NCBI GenBank assembly: GCA_021789975.1
Contig: JAJYIT010000020.1
Coordinates: 1,048 to 65,047, forward strand
Length of the DNA: 64,000 nucleotides
Direction: 5' to 3'
Origin: Bacteroidota bacterium
Lineage (GTDB): Bacteria > Bacteroidota > Ignavibacteria > Kryptoniales > JAKASW01
Position 1 is the first letter of the stretch; each line of letters starts with the position of its first letter. The notes beneath the pieces were generated by a model, which was not told the DNA's origin, did not search any database, and worked only from the letters and a program-made list of their open reading frames with translations. Positions 20,989-28,802 of the stretch are shown in pieces. The position numbers and the translations under genes are program-made.

Positions 20989-21999
20989 ATGAAGATTACT
21001 ATGATAAATAATTTGAAGAACTTCCTGCTCATTTCAATCCTATCTCTGTCCGTTTCGACAGTTCGAGCTCAAGTGACGATCAATAAGGTGGCACAGAGCA
21101 CAATGAACTTCCAGTTGGTGAGTATCTCTCCCGTGGCTAGTGGAATGGGCGAAGCATATTATGCTGTCGGTACCGGGGCAGATGCGATATTCTATAACCC
21201 GGCGGGAATGGCTGAACTGACGGGGAAAGTGAACGTGGTACTCGACTACACACAGTGGATTGCGGACATAAATTACTATGCCGGTGCGGTGGCCTGGAAC
21301 ATCGGGAATTACGGCTCGGTCGGCTTCAGCGTCCTGTCGGTCAACTATGGGACTATCAACGGCACCAGTCTCAATCCACTTGGCGGCTATATTGACAATG
21401 GTCCGGTGAAAAATGTAGGTGCGTATTCAGTAGGGTTGACTTACGCAAAACATATAAATACTCAATTCGAAGTAGGAGGCAACGCCCGCTTGGTTGGTCA
21501 GGACCTTGGCGATAATACGTTTGTTGACGGGACGACCGCGAAGAACGACGCAACGAAACTTGCATTCGACCTCGGGGTGAAGTACATCACCCTATTCAAC
21601 GACTTCAGATTCGGAATGGCGATTAGAAACTTCTCGTCGGATATCACCCGCGAAGTCATCGCCGAACAACTCCCCCTTACTTTTACAATGGGTGCGGCAA
21701 TCGACTTAATGGACTTTGTTAATAAGAGTCATTCAAAGGGAACGGCATTCACACTTGCGGTAGATTTTCTTCATTCCAATAGTTATTCAGAACGGTTCAA
21801 CATGGGGGTGGAGTACAAATTCCTCGGCATGCTTGCCTTGAGGGGCGGATACCAGACGAACAGAAGTCTGCAGTCGTGGTCGGCTGGCATTGGATTGAAC
21901 ACGATTGTTGCGGGGAATGAATTGCAGGTGAATTATTCGTACTCCAAGATGCAGATCTTTAGCGGTGTAAACAGAATTTCCATAGCTATGTCTTTCTGA
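20989..21999 (+). CDS. PorV/PorQ-family-like outer-membrane beta-barrel protein
   Basis: 336 aa. Signal peptide ...SVSTVRAQ. The N-terminal motif FQLVSISPVASGMGEAYYAVGTGADAIFYNPAGMAEL resembles the PorV/PorQ signature (recalled from memory). Alternating beta-strand pattern, with terminal ...ISIAMSF. Confidence 0.6.
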   Translation: MKITMINNLKNFLLISILSLSVSTVRAQVTINKVAQSTMNFQLVSISPVASGMGEAYYAVGTGADAIFYNPAGMAELTGKVNVVLDYTQWIADINYYAGAVAWNIGNYGSVGFSVLSVNYGTINGTSLNPLGGYIDNGPVKNVGAYSVGLTYAKHINTQFEVGGNARLVGQDLGDNTFVDGTTAKNDATKLAFDLGVKYITLFNDFRFGMAIRNFSSDITREVIAEQLPLTFTMGAAIDLMDFVNKSHSKGTAFTLAVDFLHSNSYSERFNMGVEYKFLGMLALRGGYQTNRSLQSWSAGIGLNTIVAGNELQVNYSYSKMQIFSGVNRISIAMSF

Positions 22000-22003
22000 T
22001 TGA

Positions 22004-23953
22004 ATGATGAAAATAATTGTTCCTCCTCTTGTTGTGTTGGTGATAGCTGTGAGCGGTTCCGGCTTGTCCGGGGCCGCTTGCGGTTCTGCGGCCGCGGCAA
22101 ACATTCCTGTCGATCCAGTGAAGTGGTCCAGGGAGTTGGCCGGAGCAGTGATTGCAAAGTACCCGACCTGTCTTCCGTGCGACACTACGATGACTTGGAA
22201 CTATGAACAAGGTGTGATTCTCAACGCGCTATGGAGAGTTTGGCGGGCAACCGGCGATAGTGCTTACTTCGATTACGTAAGGAGGAGCATCGACTACTAC
22301 CTGGCAGACGAGGGCTCGATCAAAACTTATGATGCCAATTTATTCAGGCTGGATGATGTTGCGCCGGGAAGAGCGGTGCTCGATCTCTACCGCTCGACAA
22401 GAGAGCCCAGGTATAAATTGGCAGCGGAAAGATTGAGGAAGCAACTGCTTGAGCAGCCGCGCAACAAGGATGGTGGTTTCTGGCATAAAAAGATTTACCC
22501 GCACCAGATGTGGCTCGATGGTCTTTACATGGCCGAGCCGTTCTATGCAATGTACGCGAAAACATTCGACGAGCCCTCGGTTTACCGCGATATCGCCAGG
22601 CAGTTTATCCTTATGGCGCGTCATGCGAGGGATCCAAAGACCGGCCTTTTCTATCATGGCTGGGATGAGTCCAGAACCCAGAAGTGGGCGAACCCCGCTA
22701 ACGGTAACTCTCCGACTTTCTGGGGAAGGGCGATGGGTTGGTATGTTATGGGGCTGGTGGACGTGCTCGACTATTTGCCGGAGGAGCAACCTGAGAGAAA
22801 TGAATTGGTCACGATATTTCGCAATCTCTCCTCGTCCATCCTGAGGTATCAAGATAAGAAAACTCATCTTTGGTGGCAGGTAGTTGATAGAGGCGACGCC
22901 GGCGGCAATTACCTAGAGAGTTCTGCCTCTGCGATGTTCGCATATGCTTTTGCGAAGGGTGTGAACAACGGATATCTTCCGGCGAGGTATCTCCGCGCAG
23001 CAAGGGCAGCCTTCGATTGGCTGGTACAGTATGAAATCAAGATGGTGAATGATTATCCCGTCTTGCTGAATACATGTGCGGGCACGGGGCTTGGTGGGAT
23101 GCCGTTTAGGGATGGTTCCTTCAACTATTACGTGACAGTTCCGAGACGAGATGACGATTTCAGAGGGCTCGGGCCGGCGATAATGTCGGCGCTGGAAATC
23201 GAAAAGGCTTCAAATGCCGACAAGGTGGTTTATCTCGACTCTTATCATAACAATGAATGGGTGCGGTCTAAGCAAGGCAAAGAGATTCGCTATCACTATA
23301 TTTGGGAGGACACGGCGAATTCCGGATATTCCCAGCTGGGCAAGATAATCCGCTCGCTCGGAGCCAGGATCAATGAGTCACGTGAAGTCATCAGCAGCCG
23401 AATCCTTGCTAAAGCGAGCGTGTACATGATAGTCGATCCCGATACTCGTCGGGAAACAAGACATCCTCACTATATCGACAACGATGAAATATCGGCGCTA
23501 GTTGGCTGGGTTGAGAAAGGCGGAGTCCTTGTAATCTTTGCCAACGATAGCGGGAATTGCGAGTTCGAACACCTCAACAAACTCGCCGGGCAATTCGGCA
23601 TCGGTTTCAATTACGATAGCCGCAACGACGTGGTTGGAAAGAATTATGAAATGGGAGCCTTCGCCAGCCTTCCGCAGAAACCGATGTTCGAAAATGTGAG
23701 GAAGATTTTTCTTAAAGAGATCTCCACACTAACCGTTCATAAACCGGCAAGGTCGGAACTCGTTAGAGACAAAGACGTCATAATGGCATCGGCAAATTAT
23801 GGGAAGGGCCTTGTGTTTGCGGTAGGTGATCCATGGTTCTATAATGAATATATTGATAATCGAAAACTCCCCGCGGGATTCGATAATTATGATGCTGCCC
23901 GTAGTCTGTTCGCCTGGTTGCTTAAGAAGGCGAAGCCGGTCACACATCGGTGA
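22004..23953 (+). CDS. GH105 unsaturated rhamnogalacturonyl hydrolase fused to a ~250-aa C-terminal domain (DUF4350 / class-I glutamine-amidotransferase-like fold suspected)
   Basis: 649 aa. The N-half has YteR/GH105-type features (WNYEQGVILNALW, GGFWHKKIYPHQMWLDGLYM, TFWGRAMGWYVMGL). The C-half (from about 23220) reads VVYLDSYHNNEW...VYMIVDPD...GGVLVIFANDSGN...GLVFAVGDPWFYNEY. Confidence 0.8.
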   Translation: MMKIIVPPLVVLVIAVSGSGLSGAACGSAAAANIPVDPVKWSRELAGAVIAKYPTCLPCDTTMTWNYEQGVILNALWRVWRATGDSAYFDYVRRSIDYYLADEGSIKTYDANLFRLDDVAPGRAVLDLYRSTREPRYKLAAERLRKQLLEQPRNKDGGFWHKKIYPHQMWLDGLYMAEPFYAMYAKTFDEPSVYRDIARQFILMARHARDPKTGLFYHGWDESRTQKWANPANGNSPTFWGRAMGWYVMGLVDVLDYLPEEQPERNELVTIFRNLSSSILRYQDKKTHLWWQVVDRGDAGGNYLESSASAMFAYAFAKGVNNGYLPARYLRAARAAFDWLVQYEIKMVNDYPVLLNTCAGTGLGGMPFRDGSFNYYVTVPRRDDDFRGLGPAIMSALEIEKASNADKVVYLDSYHNNEWVRSKQGKEIRYHYIWEDTANSGYSQLGKIIRSLGARINESREVISSRILAKASVYMIVDPDTRRETRHPHYIDNDEISALVGWVEKGGVLVIFANDSGNCEFEHLNKLAGQFGIGFNYDSRNDVVGKNYEMGAFASLPQKPMFENVRKIFLKEISTLTVHKPARSELVRDKDVIMASANYGKGLVFAVGDPWFYNEYIDNRKLPAGFDNYDAARSLFAWLLKKAKPVTHR

Positions 23954-24008
23954 CTCTGGATTTGTCAATGCGCAAATGCTTACAACAAACTGAAAGCAAA
24001 TAGATTCT

Positions 24009-25421
24009 ATGTCTGACAAGAGTTTAAACGATTACCGATTCTTTGACCCTCACGAGACTGTTAGAAAAACCGCTTTTGAGCTTTATGAAAGCGTAAGAAA
24101 TCTTCCAATCATCAGTCCTCATGGCCATGTTGATGCGAGAGTTCTGGCGGAGAACAAGCCGTTCCCTGACCCCGCGGAGCTGATCATAATACCTGATCAC
24201 TATATTTACAGAATGCTCTACTCTCAGGGAATTCCCCTGGAGTCGCTGGGAGTCCCGACGCAAGATGGTACAGTAGTCGAAAAGGATCACAGGAAAATAT
24301 GGCAGATTTTTGCAGATCACTTTTACCTCTTTGCGGGTACACCTACAGGCGTGTGGCTTTCGCATGAGGTTGCAGAGGTGTTCGGTATTGAAGAGAAACT
24401 GGAGTCGGCGAATGCGATGAGGGTTTACGACCGGATAGCTGAGAAGCTGCAGACGAAGGAATTCCTTCCGCGAGCCTTGTTCGAGAGATTCCGATTGGAG
24501 GTCCTCACGACTACCGATGCTCCGGGAGACACGCTAGAGTATCATAAGACCCTGCAGAAATCCGGCATGAAAGGCAGAGTGGTACCGTGTTTCAGACCGG
24601 ATCCGGTCGTGAATATCAAATCCACTGGATGGAGAAATGCGATCCGCGATCTCAGTAGAGAATCAGGGGTAGAAGTTAAGTCTTACAAGAAATATATCGC
24701 CGCACTCGAAAAGAGGCGTGAGTTTTTCAAATCGATGGGCGCAGTCTCGACGGATCAGGGTGTTGAGAGTCCTTATGCACATAAGCTGTCGCCGATAAGA
24801 GCCGAGGCAATCTTCAAGAACGCGCTGAGCGGGAAGGCGACCGAAAAAGAATCGCAAGAGTTCACTGCCAACATGTTGATGGAAATGGCGAGGATGAGTG
24901 TAGAGGACGGGTTGGTGATGCAGATCCATGCGGGGGCAATGCGGAACCACAACGTTGCCGTGTTCAAGAGGTTTGGTCTCGATAAGGGCGGAGATATTCC
25001 GGTTCAAACTGAATACACCAGGAATATGCACGAGCTATTGAACGCATTCGGCAATAATCCGGGTTTCACGGTTGTGGTTTTCACTCTGGATGAATCAACT
25101 TATTCACGTGAGCTTGCACCGCTGGCAGGACATTACCCCGCGATGAAACTGGGTGCATCGTGGTGGTTCCACGACAGCATCCAAGGAATGACGAGGTACC
25201 GGGAGAGAGTATTGGAAACCGCGGGGGTGTATAATACGGTTGGCTTTACTGACGACACCCGGGCTTTCCTTTCAATTCCTGCTCGACACGATCTCGCCAG
25301 GCGGATCGACTCAAACTATCTCGCAGGCCAGGTCGCACGTCATATTATCAATGATAAGGAAGCGGCTGTGATCATAAAGGACCTTGCTTACGGACTGGCC
25401 AAGAAATCGTACAAACTGTGA
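24009..25421 (+). CDS. uxaC: Uronate (glucuronate/galacturonate) isomerase
   Basis: 470 aa. NLPIISPHGHVDARVL, IIPDHYIYRMLYSQG, WWFHDS. Full-length UxaC architecture. Confidence 0.93.
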   Translation: MSDKSLNDYRFFDPHETVRKTAFELYESVRNLPIISPHGHVDARVLAENKPFPDPAELIIIPDHYIYRMLYSQGIPLESLGVPTQDGTVVEKDHRKIWQIFADHFYLFAGTPTGVWLSHEVAEVFGIEEKLESANAMRVYDRIAEKLQTKEFLPRALFERFRLEVLTTTDAPGDTLEYHKTLQKSGMKGRVVPCFRPDPVVNIKSTGWRNAIRDLSRESGVEVKSYKKYIAALEKRREFFKSMGAVSTDQGVESPYAHKLSPIRAEAIFKNALSGKATEKESQEFTANMLMEMARMSVEDGLVMQIHAGAMRNHNVAVFKRFGLDKGGDIPVQTEYTRNMHELLNAFGNNPGFTVVVFTLDESTYSRELAPLAGHYPAMKLGASWWFHDSIQGMTRYRERVLETAGVYNTVGFTDDTRAFLSIPARHDLARRIDSNYLAGQVARHIINDKEAAVIIKDLAYGLAKKSYKL

Positions 25422-25500
25422 GCACATCAATCCATCGTATGCTTATTGGAAGCAGCGCACCATGATGATGAATCCTTCCTTAGCAGGAGTTATATTCGTA

Positions 25501-25518
25501 AAGTTATCGGGAAAGTAA
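25501..25518. promoter_or_regulatory. Direct repeat AAGTTA-N6-AAGTAA (12-bp phasing) 29 nt upstream of the LacI-family regulator start
   Basis: AAGTTATCGGGAAAGTAA. It shares the 9-mer AAGTTATCG with the site at 28630..28638. Confidence 0.3.
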
Positions 25519-25546
25519 ATTTGTCGATCCAGCGAGAGGAGATTTT

Positions 25547-26596
25547 GTGAATAGCAAGTCGCACATCACACTTAGCGATATCGCAAAGAAGTTGAACGTC
25601 TCGAAGGTTACTGTGTCCAAGGCTTTGCGGGGGCATCCGGATATTTCTAAAGAGACGACAAAGCGTGTTAAGAAGACGGCGGAGGAACTCGGCTATACTC
25701 CAAATTTCGCGGCCCGCAATCTATCATCCCGGAAGTCGAACACAATTGGGGTCGTCGTCCCGAAAATTGCGCATTTCTTTTTCAGCGCAATCATAGAGTC
25801 GGTCTATGACACCGCGTTTGTTAACAACTATGACATCGCTCTGACTGTTTCGCAAGAAAACGCCGAACGCGAGCGAAAGCACGTGGAGACTCTGCTCGCG
25901 ATGGGGGTCGACGGTATTGTCGTGTCGGTTTCTCAGCAAACTAAGGATAAAGCGATATTCGAAAAAGTGCTCGACAGAGGTGTGCCGCTTGTGTTCATGG
26001 ACCGTGTGATGGAAATTAAGGGAACGAGTCATGTCACGGTCGATGATCGCGGTGGTGCATTTAATGCCACCGAGCAGGCGATCAAAAACGGCTACAGGAG
26101 AATTGCCCACTTCGGCGGATATAAAGAGATTAATATCGGTAAGAACAGGTATGCAGGCTTTGCCGACGCCATGAAACAATATGGTGTACCTATTGACCCC
26201 GAGTTGGTCATTTACGGTGGATTCGGCGAAAGCTATGGCTACGAAGGATTCATGAAGCTATACCATAAAGGGAAACTCCCTGAATTTATTTTCACCGTCA
26301 CCTATCCGGTCGCCTTAGGAGTGTATGCCGCAGTTGCAGAGGTTGGCATGAAGATACCTGATGATATCGATATAATTTGCTTCGGTAACAGTAACATAAG
26401 CCGTTTCATAAAGCCGGAAATGTCTTTCGTGAATCAACAGACGGAGCTTATAGGAAAGACCGCCATCGAGTTGGTACTGGAGCATATCCGTGATTCCGAT
26501 GAGTTCAAACCGAAGCATGTCCAGATTCCGACCGAGCTCGTCCTCCGTGAGACCTGCGTAAAGAACAAGCGTGTCGACGCCCCAGTTAGTTTCTGA
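25547..26596 (+). CDS. LacI-family transcriptional regulator
   Basis: 349 aa, GTG start. HTH ITLSDIAKKLNVSKVTVSKALRGHPDISKETTKRVKKTAEELGYTPNFAARNLSS, followed by a PBP-type sugar-binding core. Confidence 0.92.
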   Translation: MNSKSHITLSDIAKKLNVSKVTVSKALRGHPDISKETTKRVKKTAEELGYTPNFAARNLSSRKSNTIGVVVPKIAHFFFSAIIESVYDTAFVNNYDIALTVSQENAERERKHVETLLAMGVDGIVVSVSQQTKDKAIFEKVLDRGVPLVFMDRVMEIKGTSHVTVDDRGGAFNATEQAIKNGYRRIAHFGGYKEINIGKNRYAGFADAMKQYGVPIDPELVIYGGFGESYGYEGFMKLYHKGKLPEFIFTVTYPVALGVYAAVAEVGMKIPDDIDIICFGNSNISRFIKPEMSFVNQQTELIGKTAIELVLEHIRDSDEFKPKHVQIPTELVLRETCVKNKRVDAPVSF

Positions 26597-26615
26597 TGTG
26601 AGGTGATATCTCTTA

Positions 26616-27272
26616 ATGAATAGACAAGAAATTGTGCAATCTCTGGTCGAATGCGGTGCAGTGGCTGTGATTAGACTTTCTGATCCGAGAAAGCTGATAA
26701 ACGTCGCGAATGCTGTCTACGAAGGAGGTGTCTCGGGGATCGAAATCACGATGACCGTACCGAACGCAATAGAAGTAATCGCCAACGCGACCAAAGAGAT
26801 CGGAAGTTACGTGAATGTGGGAGTCGGTTCGGTACTCGATTCTTCGACCGCACAGAAAGCGATCGACGCGGGGGCGAACTATGTGGTAAGTCCAATATTT
26901 AAAATAGAAATTGTGGAAACTGCGCACAAAAACGGAGTGCCTGCGGTGCCGGGGGCCTTCACCCCTACTGAGATTCAAACTGCCTTTGAGGCGGGTGCCG
27001 ATATAATTAAAGTATTCCCAGCAGACGTTGTCGGTATGGCATTCTTCAAAGGCGTGCTCGCACCTATGCCGCATCTGAAGCTCATGCCTACCGGCGGCGT
27101 GACACTTACAAATGCAGGCGATTGGCTGAAAGCCGGAGCTTGCGCAGTCGGCGTCGGAACAGCATTGCTCGACAAGAATGCCATCGAGACCGATAACTAT
27201 CGTACGCTGTCAGAAAATGCGAAGGTATTGATGGAGAGCATACGGGCGGCGCGAGGACAAAAAGCAAATTGA
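26616..27272 (+). CDS. eda: 2-dehydro-3-deoxyphosphogluconate (KDPG) / 4-hydroxy-2-oxoglutarate aldolase
   Basis: 218 aa. VAVIRL, GIEITMTVPNA, IIKVFPA, MPTGGV motifs. Confidence 0.9.
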   Translation: MNRQEIVQSLVECGAVAVIRLSDPRKLINVANAVYEGGVSGIEITMTVPNAIEVIANATKEIGSYVNVGVGSVLDSSTAQKAIDAGANYVVSPIFKIEIVETAHKNGVPAVPGAFTPTEIQTAFEAGADIIKVFPADVVGMAFFKGVLAPMPHLKLMPTGGVTLTNAGDWLKAGACAVGVGTALLDKNAIETDNYRTLSENAKVLMESIRAARGQKAN

Positions 27273-27382
27273 GTCACTTACGCTCTCAGAGGTGCAAGCA
27301 GATGTCCTGTTGGGGAACGGAAGAATCAGTTGTGTGCATAGCTGCGATACAAGTTGGCGCTGTGATCATTGATGGCGGTGAC

Positions 27383-27398
27383 TGTTCGAAAACGAACA
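27383..27398. promoter_or_regulatory. Palindrome TGTTCG-AAAA-CGAACA upstream of kdgK (candidate LacI-type operator)
   Basis: Perfect 6-bp arms, about 45 nt upstream of the proposed kdgK start, within an unusually long (about 160 nt) eda-kdgK spacer. Confidence 0.3.
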
Positions 27399-27440
27399 AG
27401 AGGTTGTTTCTAACGGTTTCTGAGAAACGGAGTGTTAGCT

Positions 27441-28475
27441 GTGTCGGATAAAGTGGTAACCATGGGAGAGTTAATGCTTCGTCTGTCGACTCCCGGCTAC
27501 TCGCGATTTATCCAGTCGCAGTCGTTCGACGTGAACTATGGAGGCGGCGAGGCTAATGTGGCAGTGGCGCTGGCAAACTATGGATTCGAAAGCTTTTTCG
27601 TTTCGAAGCTTCCGAAACACGAGATCGGCCAATCCGCTGTAAACAGTCTTAGGAAATTTGGCGTCAGGACAGATTTCATTGCTCGCGGCGGCGAAAGACT
27701 GGGGATCTATTTCCTCGAGACAGGGGCGAGCCAGCGGGCTTCGAAGGTCATTTACGATCGGGCACACTCTTCAGTCACCGAATTGAGCCCGGAGGAACTT
27801 GACTGGGATTCGGTGTTTTCTGAAGCGAAGTGGTTCCACTGGACGGGGATCACTCCTGCATTGGGAAAGAAGCTGCAGGATACGTTGGTCGCGGCATGCA
27901 AAGCTGCGAAGAAAGTCGGCGCGACTATAAGTGCGGACTTGAATTACAGAGCGAAGCTATGGACTACCCATGAAGCGCAATCGGTGATGGTTCCCTTGAT
28001 GGAATATGTGGATGTCTGCATCGCAAATGAGGAAGATGCAGAGAAGAGTCTCGGGCTTAAAGCCGGATCCAGCAAGGTCGAAAGTGCCGAGCTCGATGAA
28101 GATGCCTATGGCGATCTTGCCGTTAAGCTGAAAGAGAGATTCCGGTTCAATGCCGTCGCGATCACTCTTCGGGAAAGTTATTCCGCGTCGCACAATGGCT
28201 GGAGTGGGTTGTTGCATGATGACAAAGGCTGTAAGGCCCCTTATCGTTCAAAGAAGTACGATATTCAGATTGTCGACAGGGTTGGTGGAGGTGATGCTTT
28301 CGCAAGCGGGCTCGTATACGGCATGCTGAAGAAAGAAAGCAGTAAGGAAGCGCTTGAGTTTGCCGTCGCCGCGTCCTGTCTGAAGCAGACGATTCCCGGA
28401 GACTTCAATCTTGTCTCAACAGATGAAGTTGACAAATTAGTACGAGGGAGCGGGTCCGGAAGGGTGGAAAGGTGA
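27441..28475 (+). CDS. kdgK: 2-dehydro-3-deoxygluconokinase (PfkB family)
   Basis: VVTMGELMLRLSTPG N-terminus typical of KdgK. PfkB signature DRVGGGDAFASGLVYG. GTG 27441 (GGAG 9 nt upstream) preferred over the track start at 27432. Confidence 0.88.
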   Translation: MSDKVVTMGELMLRLSTPGYSRFIQSQSFDVNYGGGEANVAVALANYGFESFFVSKLPKHEIGQSAVNSLRKFGVRTDFIARGGERLGIYFLETGASQRASKVIYDRAHSSVTELSPEELDWDSVFSEAKWFHWTGITPALGKKLQDTLVAACKAAKKVGATISADLNYRAKLWTTHEAQSVMVPLMEYVDVCIANEEDAEKSLGLKAGSSKVESAELDEDAYGDLAVKLKERFRFNAVAITLRESYSASHNGWSGLLHDDKGCKAPYRSKKYDIQIVDRVGGGDAFASGLVYGMLKKESSKEALEFAVAASCLKQTIPGDFNLVSTDEVDKLVRGSGSGRVER

Positions 28476-28477
28476 CG

Positions 28478-28503
28478 AAAGGGCATTGAAGAAGGTGCCC
28501 TTT
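28478..28503 (+). terminator. Hairpin after kdgK
   Basis: AAAGGGCA (28478..28485) pairs with TGCCCTTT (28496..28503), with a 10-nt loop. Only a weak T-tract follows. Confidence 0.4.
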
Positions 28504-28589
28504 ACCGTGGCAACCCCTTCGGATGAGTGAAACTCCGACGAAGCAAGCTCCTCAGAGTTGACCCTCCTCGCTTCCTTGGAATAGAGCAC

Positions 28590-28618
28590 TTGACATTTAC
28601 ACATGAGAAGGGTAAACT
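28590..28618 (+). promoter_or_regulatory. Sigma70-type promoter TTGACA-17-TAAACT for the T9SS-cargo gene block
   Basis: TTGACA at 28590..28595, an exact 17-nt spacer, and TAAACT at 28613..28618, about 185 nt upstream of the 28803 start. Confidence 0.5.
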
Positions 28619-28627
28619 CTTAAGCAG

Positions 28628-28664
28628 TTAAGTTATCGATTAAGTTAACGTTCACTTGAACGTT
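28628..28664. promoter_or_regulatory. Composite operator candidate: direct repeat TTAAGTTA-N4-TTAAGTTA abutting the palindrome AACGTTCA-CT-TGAACGTT
   Basis: An 8-bp direct repeat at 28628..28635 and 28640..28647. A perfect 8-bp-arm palindrome at 28647..28664 containing two AACGTT cores. Lies immediately downstream of the putative -10 box. Confidence 0.4.
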
Positions 28665-28802
28665 TATCTATCGCCTGTCTGCCCTGAGTAACATTCGACA
28701 AGGCTGTTTCCTGATGTTGTCCCTTGTCATCCTCGCTCGTTGTTAGAATTCTGAAAATAAGACCAAATATAGAAACCAGAACAAAACGAAGAAGGAGGAA
28801 TC

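Noticed and set aside
27269-27451. 60-aa ORF filling the eda-kdgK spacer.
   Set aside because: No RBS, and it overlaps the eda stop and the kdgK start. The spacer more plausibly holds the palindromic operator candidate.
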